A stretch of DNA of 35,872 nt from Gemmatimonadaceae bacterium (GTDB lineage: Bacteria > Gemmatimonadota > Gemmatimonadetes > Gemmatimonadales > Gemmatimonadaceae). The stretch covers positions 1-35,872 of the forward strand of contig DASURJ010001091.1 in NCBI GenBank assembly GCA_036280115.1, written 5' to 3'. The notes under the pieces are model-generated. The model saw only the letters and a program-made list of their open reading frames with translations. It had not been told where the DNA came from and ran no database searches. Positions 1-7,099 of the stretch are shown here, in pieces. The position numbers and the translations under genes are program-made. The stretch's first letter is position 1. Each line of letters opens with the position of its first letter.

Positions 1-141
1 TGGAGGAGGATGCCTCGGGCTGTCCGCGCTCGCTGCGCCCGATTTCGTAGGCGCGCGTCACGGCGCTGAGCTGTTCCATCGGCGACATGCCCGGACGGAG
101 ACTGTGGAGGAGTTCCGAGAGGGCGGGGTTTTCGACGGCGG
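1..141. repeat. Left inverted terminal repeat (141 bp, perfect)
   Basis: Positions 1..141 are the exact reverse complement of 35732..35872. Identity breaks at 142 (g) versus 35731 (a). Confidence 0.95.
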
Positions 142-154
142 GTTGGTCGGTCAC
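1..154 (-). CDS. Outward-reading ORF, 5' portion only (left ITR copy), truncated by the window edge
   Basis: Candidate GTG at 154 with AAGGTG 5 nt upstream. It translates as VTDQPAVENPALSELLHSLRPGMSPMEQLSAVTRAYEIGRSERGQPEASSS... with no stop before position 1. Third-codon positions are mostly G/C. Inside the ITR it is identical to the right-end copy. Confidence 0.35.
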   Translation of the reverse strand, partial: MTDQPAVENPALSELLHSLRPGMSPMEQLSAVTRAYEIGRSERGQPEASSS

Positions 155-172
155 AGATTCACCTTGCCCCAC

Positions 173-190
173 CCTGACATTCGTGTCAGG
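173..190. promoter_or_regulatory. Perfect palindrome CCTGACA-ttcg-TGTCAGG (operator-like)
   Basis: A 7+7 bp inverted repeat with a 4-nt spacer. It lies in the intergenic region between the outward ITR ORF (start 154) and the inward HTH gene (start 270). An extra TGTCA half-site sits at 194..198. Confidence 0.5.
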
Positions 191-269
191 CTCTGTCAAG
201 GCGCGTCGGCGTCGTCCCACCCTCCAACCCATCTGGCTTCCGGCGACCGACGCGCCTGCTTGGATCAAC

Positions 270-473
270 ATGGCAGATTCCCACACGATGCGAGTTCGGG
301 CACAGCGTCTCGTCATGGCGGACGTTGCGCGACTCACCCGCGCCGGCTCGAGCGCGCGCCAGATTGCGGAGGCGCTTGGGTGCTCCGCGAGGACGGTGCA
401 CAGGTTGCGGGCTCTGACACGGATGTCAGGGGTCACCAAGCGCGGCACGCCGAAACTGTCGAGGAAAGCGTGA
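270..473 (+). CDS. Small helix-turn-helix DNA-binding protein (Hin/IS-transposase-type HTH), left terminal paralog
   Basis: In-frame ATG at 270 within track ORF 87..473; ATGs at 288 and 315 are alternative starts. Motif RLTRAGSSARQIAEALGCSARTVHRLRA. It is a paralog of the gene at 35410..35568. Confidence 0.6.
   Translation: MADSHTMRVRAQRLVMADVARLTRAGSSARQIAEALGCSARTVHRLRALTRMSGVTKRGTPKLSRKA
414..429. promoter_or_regulatory. Second copy of palindrome CTGACA-cgga-TGTCAG
   Basis: Same half-sites and same 4-nt spacing as 173..190. It lies inside the 3' end of the HTH gene. Confidence 0.4.
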
Positions 474-501
474 TGGCATGGGGAGTGCAGGGGGAGGGGG
501 G

Positions 502-624
502 ATGAGCAAGTGGCTGAATGTTTACGAGGTCGATGGCGGCGGTTGGGTGCGCGAGGTTTTCGCGCTCGGCGAATGGTACACCGTCGGCGTTTACGGGTCG
601 CGAGCCGCAGCGATGCGTGGCTGA
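502..624 (+). CDS. Hypothetical small protein (40 aa)
   Basis: ATG at 502 directly preceded by GGGGGAGGGGGG (SD-like). Translation MSKWLNVYEVDGGGWVREVFALGEWYTVGVYGSRAAAMRG, stop TGA at 622..624. It is too short to appear in the ORF track. Confidence 0.35.
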   Translation: MSKWLNVYEVDGGGWVREVFALGEWYTVGVYGSRAAAMRG

Positions 625-670
625 CTCAGCTTTCCGGAACGCCGTCCGTTGTGACCGGGAAGGAGAACCG

Positions 671-946
671 ATGAACTGGACATCACCCGCAACCCGCGAA
701 GAGGCAACCGCCCTCGCCCTCGAACACCAGCGCGGACACCTAATCCGCCGCCGGACCGCGACCGGCTACGAGTACGCTCCCGCCGCGGAATTCGAAGACC
801 GGTGGGAGGAGATTCAGCAAGACTTGGCAGCGCTCCGGTCGGTCTGCATCGACTGCACGCTGCCGCACGATCGATGCGACTGTCCCGACGTGGTTCAGGC
901 GCGCGAGGTTGATGAGGCGTATGAGCAACAGGAGGCGATGCGATGA
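671..946 (+). CDS. Hypothetical protein (91 aa), Cys-containing C-terminus
   Basis: Internal ATG of track ORF 518..946, preceded by GGAAGGAGAACCG (AAGGAG SD). The stop overlaps the next start (ATGA at 943..946). Confidence 0.6.
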   Translation: MNWTSPATREEATALALEHQRGHLIRRRTATGYEYAPAAEFEDRWEEIQQDLAALRSVCIDCTLPHDRCDCPDVVQAREVDEAYEQQEAMR

Positions 947-1167
947 GTTCCCATCCCGTAGCCCAAGGCGCCCGGGCGCTGAAACTGGGCGCGACCACGA
1001 ACGAGGCGTTCCGCGCGGCAGGGTACGCACTCACGCCCATCCAAGAGCACTCCGCGGCTCGCTTGGTCGTCCGAAGCGGCCGCATCGTCGGCCGGACGCG
1101 GAACGCTTCGCACGCGAACGACTGGCTGGAACGACTCGCCCGAAAGTTGGGATACCATGCTGACTGA
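943..1167 (+). CDS. Hypothetical protein (74 aa)
   Basis: Track ORF. The start is coupled to the upstream stop. Amino-acid composition looks protein-like. Confidence 0.5.
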   Translation: MSSHPVAQGARALKLGATTNEAFRAAGYALTPIQEHSAARLVVRSGRIVGRTRNASHANDWLERLARKLGYHAD

Positions 1168-1375
1168 ATCCGAGCGCCACATGTACGGCCGCGGACGCTA
1201 CGGCGAAGTCGCGAACCTCGTAGATATCTGCATGGCCGTGTCGAGTCGTCCGTGCGCTGGCGGCTCGTGTAGCGAGGACCACGCGTGCCCGAGGCATTTT
1301 CGCGCGCCGGAAGTCGCGGACAGGCTGGCCAGGATGCGAGCACGCAGACGCGAACGCTTTTCGGAGAAGAAGTGA
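1157..1375 (+). CDS. Hypothetical protein (72 aa), Cys-rich
   Basis: Track ORF. It overlaps its neighbours by a few nt on both sides. Confidence 0.45.
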   Translation: MLTESERHMYGRGRYGEVANLVDICMAVSSRPCAGGSCSEDHACPRHFRAPEVADRLARMRARRRERFSEKK

Positions 1376-1935
1376 TGCGAGACGAGCTTCGGATCATCAA
1401 CGCGCTGTCCGCCCACGTAGACGAGTTCGAGCGAGCCGCAGCGCATTACGAGATGCGCGGCCTGGCAAAGCCTGAGGCTAGGATGCGCAAAGAGGCTGTG
1501 GCAACGCGCGAGCTGCGGGACAGGTTACTGAATGCGCCACGCGAGACTGGAGAAGTGATGCGAGACAAGGACGAAAGGGTTAGGGCCGGAGACTACAAAC
1601 GCCTCGACTGGGAGGTGACTTGCCCGTTTTGCGGCGCCAGTCCTGGGCAGTCGTGCGGGCGAGATCGTGGGCCCGAGGACCCTTCGCACCGGGAGCGCAT
1701 TCACTACATGGCAGACAAATCGCGCGGAGAATCCGACCTCCGCGCCGCGAAAGAGCGGTTGGGGGCGTGGTGGCTGGCGGACTACTCCGAGCGATCGGTA
1801 AATCACATTCAGTTGAGCGGAGGGTCACACGGAATCTACCTTTACACCGATCGTTTGCGTGGAGCCGATTGCTATGAGGTGCGCGAAACCGAAGCCGCCG
1901 CCATCCTTGCGGCGCTGGAAAAGGTGAATGCGTGA
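1375..1935 (+). CDS. Hypothetical protein with CPFCGASPGQSC...H zinc-ribbon-like motif (186 aa)
   Basis: Internal ATG at 1375 of track ORF 1285..1935 overlaps the upstream TGA. Motif CPFCGASPGQSCGR followed by HRERIH. Confidence 0.55.
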   Translation: MRDELRIINALSAHVDEFERAAAHYEMRGLAKPEARMRKEAVATRELRDRLLNAPRETGEVMRDKDERVRAGDYKRLDWEVTCPFCGASPGQSCGRDRGPEDPSHRERIHYMADKSRGESDLRAAKERLGAWWLADYSERSVNHIQLSGGSHGIYLYTDRLRGADCYEVRETEAAAILAALEKVNA

Positions 1936-3446
1936 AAAAGCTCTGCCTCATCGACCTGTCCGGTCTGTTTTGGGCGAACTGGCACGCGACGGAGGCGCAT
2001 CCCGTTGGCGAGGCGTTCTCTCGGACCGTCGAGCAAGTGGCACGCGCAACCGATGGTCACGACCTTGCCGCGGTCTGTTGCGACGCGCCGCCGTACAAGC
2101 GTCGTGAGATTTTGCCCGAGTACAAGGCGCAGCGCGAGAAGCATCCCCCGCAGGCGCTCCAACAGCTCGACGACGTGAAGGCGCGGCTGGCGAGCGACGG
2201 CATGCTCGTCTGGTCCGTCCCGGGCTACGAGGCCGACGACGTGATCGCTACGGCAACACGGCTCGCGCTTGCTGAAGAGCAGCCGATGGATGTCACGATT
2301 TTCTCAGGCGACAAGGACTTGCTTCAGCTCGTCCAGTACGGAGTCCGGTGCGTCTCGCCGCGCTCCGGCGAGTACGACGAGGCGCGTGTTCTTGAGAAGA
2401 TGGGCGTCCCGCCGCGCCTCGTCGGCGACCTACTCGCGCTCATGGGCGACGACTCGGACAACATCCCGGGGCTTCCTGGCGTCGGCCCGAAGACGGCGGC
2501 GGAGTTGCTCAAGCAATTCGGGTCGCTCGAAAGCGTGCTCGCTGGCGCCCTGGAGATCAAGCGAGACAAGCTGCGCGAGACCGTGATTGCCGGAGCCCAG
2601 ACGGCGCGCCTCGCTCGCCGATGCGTCGAGCTGGAAACCGACGTGCCGATAAGCATCGACGACCTGTTCGCTGAGCGCAAAGCTGTGCCCCAAAAACCAC
2701 CGGAGGATTTTTCCAAAATGGACGACGAAGACATCGGGCAGAACGACGCGGCCTGGAGCGCGGCTCCGCCAGCGGACGACGCCGACACGGAGCCGCCGGA
2801 AAGCTCGCCGACAGACCCGGCACCGCCTCCGAAGGGCGAGCCTACTCCGCCCACGCGCTCGCTCGCCAGGGTAGATGCAACGGCGCTCGCGCGCCCCGTG
2901 TCGTTCGAGTTGGGCCTAGAGCCGCAGAGCATCGGCGGGGCGTACACGCTCGCGCGCGGCATGTTCCAGTCGGGTCTCTATTCCAAGTTCAAGAAGGCCG
3001 AAGCGATCTGGGCCGTGATGATTCGCGGTCGTGAGATGGGCATCGGCGCGCTGACGGCACTCGACTGTTTCCACGTCGTCGAGGGCAAGCCGGCGATCCA
3101 TGCGCACCTCGTCGTTGCGCGCGCGAAGGCGCACCCCGATTGCGAGTATTTTCAGCTCGTAGACTCTGGCCCGGACTTCGCGGAGTACGAGACGAAGAAC
3201 AAGCGGAACCCGAAGCCCACGCGGCTCAAGTACACGCTGGCGGAAGCGAAGCTCGCGGGCCTGTGCCCGCAGAATCCGCGCTCGACGCCGGTGCTCAACG
3301 AAAACGGCAAGGACAAGCGCGGCAACTGGGAGAAGCGCCCAAGCGAGATGATCCGTAAAACGTGCGCGACGCAACTGGCGCGCATCGAATACCCGGACGC
3401 GGCCCTCGGTCTCTACGCCGTGGAGGAATTGACCGATGACGACTGA
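1932..3446 (+). CDS. 5'-3' exonuclease (FEN / Pol I N-terminal type) fused to a C-terminal RecT-like single-strand annealing domain
   Basis: GTG start overlaps the upstream TGA (GTGA). The N-terminal ~250 aa carry LIDLSGLFWANWHA, EADDVIATA, FSGDKDLLQLV and the H3TH motif GDDSDNIPGLPGVGPKTAAELL. A Pro/Asp/Glu-rich linker follows. The C-terminal ~190 aa carry MIRGREMGIGALTALDCFHVVEGKPAIHAHL and GNWEKRPSEMIRKTCATQLARIEYPD, which resemble RecT-family conserved blocks. Confidence 0.75.
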   Translation: MKKLCLIDLSGLFWANWHATEAHPVGEAFSRTVEQVARATDGHDLAAVCCDAPPYKRREILPEYKAQREKHPPQALQQLDDVKARLASDGMLVWSVPGYEADDVIATATRLALAEEQPMDVTIFSGDKDLLQLVQYGVRCVSPRSGEYDEARVLEKMGVPPRLVGDLLALMGDDSDNIPGLPGVGPKTAAELLKQFGSLESVLAGALEIKRDKLRETVIAGAQTARLARRCVELETDVPISIDDLFAERKAVPQKPPEDFSKMDDEDIGQNDAAWSAAPPADDADTEPPESSPTDPAPPPKGEPTPPTRSLARVDATALARPVSFELGLEPQSIGGAYTLARGMFQSGLYSKFKKAEAIWAVMIRGREMGIGALTALDCFHVVEGKPAIHAHLVVARAKAHPDCEYFQLVDSGPDFAEYETKNKRNPKPTRLKYTLAEAKLAGLCPQNPRSTPVLNENGKDKRGNWEKRPSEMIRKTCATQLARIEYPDAALGLYAVEELTDDD

Positions 3447-3900
3447 ACTCACGCCCGAGCTCGAGCAGGAGATGCGGGAGGCGGTGGCACGCAAAAGCGC
3501 ACGCTCTAGACTGAGCTCGGCGATTCGCGATTACTCCCTTGCGTGCATGGCGCTGCGCGACAACCCCATGGGTACCAGGGGCGTCTCGGCGCGCCTCGAG
3601 AAGGCATCCGCTGCCGTGGAGCAGGACATCGGCGCGTATGTCATTGCCTGCGGCGGCAACACGGACGGACCCGCCGCGCTCACCCCCGAGCGCGTCTCTG
3701 CGTACCTGGCCGGGCTCGACGACGTTGCGTTTCTCGAGGTCTTGGCGGCGGGCGGAGAGCGTACCTCGGTCGCCTGCAAGCGGGTAACCGAACAGCTACG
3801 AGAGAGTGAGGCCGAACTCGACCGCCTCCGGGCGGAGAATGCGGAGCTGGCGCGCGACAAGGATCTGCTCATCCGCCAGCTGGAGAACAGGACGCCATGA
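3436..3900 (+). CDS. Hypothetical coiled-coil protein (154 aa)
   Basis: Track ORF that overlaps the upstream stop. The C-terminus is heptad-like (LDRLRAENAELARDKDLLIRQLE). Confidence 0.55.
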   Translation: MTTELTPELEQEMREAVARKSARSRLSSAIRDYSLACMALRDNPMGTRGVSARLEKASAAVEQDIGAYVIACGGNTDGPAALTPERVSAYLAGLDDVAFLEVLAAGGERTSVACKRVTEQLRESEAELDRLRAENAELARDKDLLIRQLENRTP

Positions 3901-4271
3901 CCGCCCGCCTAACCGACGCTGAGGTTGGCTCGATCATCGAGTGGGCGGAGCGCTTCCTCAGTACGCCGCACGTCCTTTCGAACGCAGAAACCGAACGCTA
4001 CCACCTCGCCCTCGAAGTCCGCGAACTGCGGGCGCGCGTTGTGGAGCTTGAAAGCGAGACCGCGAACATGCGCAAGGTCTGGGTCGAGAACCAGTCGCAC
4101 CGGGCGAGCCTGGAATCTGAACTCGTCACGGCACAGAGGCGCGTTGTGGAGCTGGAGGGGGTGAATGCATCGCTGAAGGCGCGCGGCAATCAGGCGTACG
4201 AAGCGGGACTTCGCGACGGCAAGGTCGAAGAGGCGGCGCGCGAACTCGAGAGGAAGCGTTATGGCTGCTGA
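3897..4271 (+). CDS. Hypothetical coiled-coil protein (124 aa)
   Basis: Track ORF with an ATGA overlap to the upstream gene. Confidence 0.55.
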   Translation: MTARLTDAEVGSIIEWAERFLSTPHVLSNAETERYHLALEVRELRARVVELESETANMRKVWVENQSHRASLESELVTAQRRVVELEGVNASLKARGNQAYEAGLRDGKVEEAARELERKRYGC

Positions 4272-4449
4272 ACCGCCCCAGCCGTCTCCCGAGGACTTCG
4301 AGAGGGCGACCGTCTACGCGCGCCGTTACTTGGCGAAGCATGATCGCGGTCCGCTCAAAGGCGAGGTCGAGACGTGGCGCTCGGATCGCGCGGTTCGTTG
4401 GGTTACGGCCGACGCGGCGCGGAGTGAGCAGGAGGAGAAGGCGAAATGA
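4261..4449 (+). CDS. Hypothetical protein (62 aa)
   Basis: Track ORF, coupled to its neighbours. Confidence 0.45.
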   Translation: MAAEPPQPSPEDFERATVYARRYLAKHDRGPLKGEVETWRSDRAVRWVTADAARSEQEEKAK

Positions 4450-4760
4450 CCGACGAGAAGCTCAGGGAGGCGATTGCGCGCCTGTCCCACTACCTGGACG
4501 CTGAGCCGATCCCAATCGAAGACTCGCACCTCGTCCTCTCCGCCGCCTCGTCCTGGCTCAAGCTCGTGCCCGTCCGCGGCAACGAGGTCACGGAGGCGGG
4601 ATTGTACATCCTGCCATCCGAGGAGCTGTACCGGTTCAACGGGAAGCGGTGGCTTCGGCCGGACGGCGAAGGCGACATGGAGTATTGCGAGGCTCCGGAG
4701 TGGGCCATCCCGTGGGGCGCCCTCCCCGCCATTCCAAAGGAGACGACCGATGACCCCTGA
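4446..4760 (+). CDS. Hypothetical protein (104 aa)
   Basis: Track ORF with an ATGA overlap to the upstream gene. Confidence 0.5.
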   Translation: MTDEKLREAIARLSHYLDAEPIPIEDSHLVLSAASSWLKLVPVRGNEVTEAGLYILPSEELYRFNGKRWLRPDGEGDMEYCEAPEWAIPWGALPAIPKETTDDP

Positions 4761-5085
4761 ACCCTTCGGCCCCCGCCTGCGCCGGTTTCGGCTGAAGAGC
4801 GGCATGACGGAAGCGCAGCTCGGCGAGGCCGCATTCCCGGGCATGACCAACTCCGATGCGATGATCCGCAACATCGAGGACGGGACGCCCATTCCTCTAT
4901 CCTGGCTCGTCACCATCGCCGCCGCGCTGGACATCTCCACCGACGAGCTGCTGGGCGTAGAGAGTCCGGTGGTGCGGAGGCTGAGGGAGGCGTTGGATGC
5001 CGGTGGCGCCGGACCGCTCGACAACATCGACGCGAGCGCGGTTGGCTTCCTCCGGTCGCTCCTGCCTGAAAGCGAGCGCGGGTGA
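4750..5085 (+). CDS. XRE-family (Cro/CI-type) helix-turn-helix transcriptional regulator
   Basis: Internal ATG at 4750 of track ORF 4474..5085. The sequence FGPRLRRFRLKSGMTEAQLGEAA...IRNIEDGTPIPLSWLVTIAAALDISTDELLG matches the HTH_3 pattern. Confidence 0.75.
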   Translation: MTPEPFGPRLRRFRLKSGMTEAQLGEAAFPGMTNSDAMIRNIEDGTPIPLSWLVTIAAALDISTDELLGVESPVVRRLREALDAGGAGPLDNIDASAVGFLRSLLPESERG

Positions 5086-5360
5086 CGATGACTCGATGCG
5101 AATACGACGGGCACGAGCACGACGCCGAGAAGGAGTGCCCGTCCTGCCAACTGTACAGCGCGGCGGTCGCGGCGCAGGGTGCTGCCGCACAATCGCTCGC
5201 TGTTGCTCGCGGGGCCGACCCCGGCGCGCGAACCTGGCTCAATGAGTACGGAATCTTCGGACAGGTCGATGGCTCCTACGTCGAAGTCGGAACGCGGGAA
5301 GAGGCGGCGCCGTTTGTTGCGCTCACCGCCAATCCCCGCCGAAAGCGCCACCGCCGATGA
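5082..5360 (+). CDS. Hypothetical protein (92 aa) with a CPSC motif
   Basis: Track ORF with an ATGA overlap to the upstream gene. Confidence 0.5.
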   Translation: MTMTRCEYDGHEHDAEKECPSCQLYSAAVAAQGAAAQSLAVARGADPGARTWLNEYGIFGQVDGSYVEVGTREEAAPFVALTANPRRKRHRR

Positions 5361-5408
5361 GCTACCGAGCTGGCGTAGGCGCATCGATAGCGCTGGAGGA
5401 CACCCCCG

Positions 5409-5972
5409 ATGCCTAACTGCGACCGCTGCGGGCGGGAGAGGGCGGAGAGTCTGCTGGCGTGGAACCGCGAATCCTACTCTCGCGTCATGGCGGAAGACGA
5501 CCATGACAGATTGGCGGTCGGGCGAACATGTGCGCGCGACATGCCGAACCGTGGCGGATTCTACCCGGACAACGCGACATGGGACTGCGACCGCGCCACC
5601 GTCGCCCGACTCAAAATACTCGTCGCGGAAAAGGACGAGTGCATAACGCTGTATGCCGAGGAGAACGAGGAACTGAAGTCCACCATCGCCAAGCAGCAGG
5701 CCAGGATTGCGGAGTTGGAGACTGGCGTCGTCGCGAAAGTCCTCGCGCTCGGAGCGAAGATTGTCGAGCTCGAACGGGAGAACGCGGAGCTGAGGGCGGA
5801 TGTGGACGCGCTGGGAATCTGCCAGAAGTGCGACGGCTCCGGTGTTTACGAGCCAAGGTCGGCGCACTGGGACCGTGAGAACCAGCAGATCGTCATTCCG
5901 CAAAAGGGAACGTGCCAGGCCTGCTCCGGCACCGGCCGCGTCGAGAGGGCGCGGAGGTGGAGACCTACGTAG
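5409..5972 (+). CDS. Hypothetical coiled-coil protein with a C-terminal DnaJ-type CxxCxGxG zinc-finger pair
   Basis: GGAGGA lies 8 nt upstream of the ATG. The N-terminus has CDRCG, the middle is coiled coil, and the C-terminus has CQKCDGSG...CQACSGTG. It ends in TAG at 5970..5972. Confidence 0.6.
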   Translation: MPNCDRCGRERAESLLAWNRESYSRVMAEDDHDRLAVGRTCARDMPNRGGFYPDNATWDCDRATVARLKILVAEKDECITLYAEENEELKSTIAKQQARIAELETGVVAKVLALGAKIVELERENAELRADVDALGICQKCDGSGVYEPRSAHWDRENQQIVIPQKGTCQACSGTGRVERARRWRPT

Positions 5973-6300
5973 ACCGCGGCGTGTCCTGGCGCTCGCGGTG
6001 GTTCCGCCTCAGTAGCTCGTGCTCGCGAATCGCGGCAAGCGTGTTGTCCTCGACGCGCTCCATTGCCGCGATGATGCTCGACCGTGAGCTTTCGACGGCG
6101 TGGAGAACGGCCTGTGTGCGTTGCTCGAGCGTCTCCGTGACGGGCTGGTTCATGGTGCGCAGAGCAACGTTCAGCTCATCGAGCACGCGCCCGATCCGCT
6201 CGGCCTGAACCGACCACGACCGAAGGCCGTAGACCACGATGACGACGATCAGGCCGAACGAGCCAAGCTCGCGTATTACGCCAACGGTTTCGGGGGTCAC
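5965..6300 (-). CDS. Type II membrane protein with periplasmic coiled coil (i-spanin-like or holin-like lysis protein)
   Basis: GTG at 6300 overlaps the lysozyme TGA (GTGA). An N-terminal TM segment LGSFGLIVVIVVYGL is followed by a helical region. It is the last gene of the lysis cassette. Confidence 0.5.
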   Translation of the reverse strand: MTPETVGVIRELGSFGLIVVIVVYGLRSWSVQAERIGRVLDELNVALRTMNQPVTETLEQRTQAVLHAVESSRSSIIAAMERVEDNTLAAIREHELLRRNHRERQDTPRST

Positions 6301-6884
6301 TTCCACCTTCCAATCGTCTCCATCGCCGCGTGGGCTTGGGCGAATAGGTTCGCGTTCGCTCGGTTCCTCGGCACGACGCCAGGGTTCCCGGTCGAGCGTA
6401 TCAGGCACTCGCGCCCGGCCTCGTCCCAAGCCTGAAGGTCCACCGCGCGTGAAAACTTCGGAAACTTGCGCCAGAATCCCGAGCCCATCGCCCACGCCAT
6501 CGACAGGATCCCCATCTGCGCGCTCGCCGGGAACTTGTCCCAGTTCCCCCAGCGCTCGATTATGTCACGCTCGTTTTCGGCGAGCTGCCGAAAGACCGCG
6601 TTGTCGATTGCGGCGTCTTGCAGACGGAGCGCTGTGATGGTCTCCGCCTCGCGCGCCGGAAGACGGCCGCTCTTCACGAGCTGCCACTCTTTGGCGATGT
6701 CCTCGCGCAGGGCGACCACGCCGTCCTGGTAGGTCCACCCGAACTTCGCGGCGGCTTCCGGCGAGTCGATCAGGTTCCCAACGCCCGTCGTAACCTTGCC
6801 CAGGATGTCGCAGTACATCCATTGAATCCGACCCTCGAGCGGGTGATTCAGGTCGAGCCAGAGGCGGCGGACTTCGGGTCTCAT
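6297..6884 (-). CDS. Endolysin, GH24 (T4/P22-type) lysozyme
   Basis: Internal ATG at 6884 of track ORF 6297..7196 overlaps the upstream stop. The sequence LEGRIQWMYCDILGKVTTGVG gives the E-x8-D-x5-T catalytic spacing seen in P22 lysozyme (EGERLKAYSDSRGIPTIGVG). The C-terminal block GVVPRNRANANLF fits the family. Confidence 0.85.
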   Translation of the reverse strand: MRPEVRRLWLDLNHPLEGRIQWMYCDILGKVTTGVGNLIDSPEAAAKFGWTYQDGVVALREDIAKEWQLVKSGRLPAREAETITALRLQDAAIDNAVFRQLAENERDIIERWGNWDKFPASAQMGILSMAWAMGSGFWRKFPKFSRAVDLQAWDEAGRECLIRSTGNPGVVPRNRANANLFAQAHAAMETIGRWK

Positions 6885-7099
6885 CGGCAGTAAAGCGCCC
6901 GCTCTCCTGAGCGAAGCGACCTCGGAACACGCGCACGGATCTTCGCCTCGTGACAGGCAGCGACGTACTCCTCGCGGAAGCCCGGGATGGCAGCGACCTC
7001 CGGACACACGCAGTCCCTCCATGTCTCGTACGAGTAGATGCAGCCAGCCGCGTGGACGAGGTGCTTGCGTAGACGACGGGCCTTTTCGCGGATGGTCAC
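6881..7099 (-). CDS. Hypothetical Cys-rich small protein (72 aa)
   Basis: Track ORF with GTGA coupling at both ends. Confidence 0.45.
   Translation of the reverse strand: MTIREKARRLRKHLVHAAGCIYSYETWRDCVCPEVAAIPGFREEYVAACHEAKIRARVPRSLRSGERALYCR

Noticed and set aside
87-269. An ITR-initiated ORF, MPGRRLWRSSERAGFSTA..., present at both ends (87..473 + and 35565..35786 -)
   Set aside because: It exists only because the ITR duplicates an ATG. The two copies diverge immediately after the repeat, and the frame uses rare AGA/AGG codons. The opposite (outward) frame has better codon bias. On the left, only the part from ATG 270 onward (the HTH) looks genuine.
4326-5903. A 525-aa ORF on the - strand spanning the left-arm early genes
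   Set aside because: Its Arg/Pro/Ser-rich composition is typical of an antisense shadow frame in GC-rich DNA. It overlaps several + strand ORFs that have recognisable motifs (XRE HTH, zinc fingers) and translational coupling.
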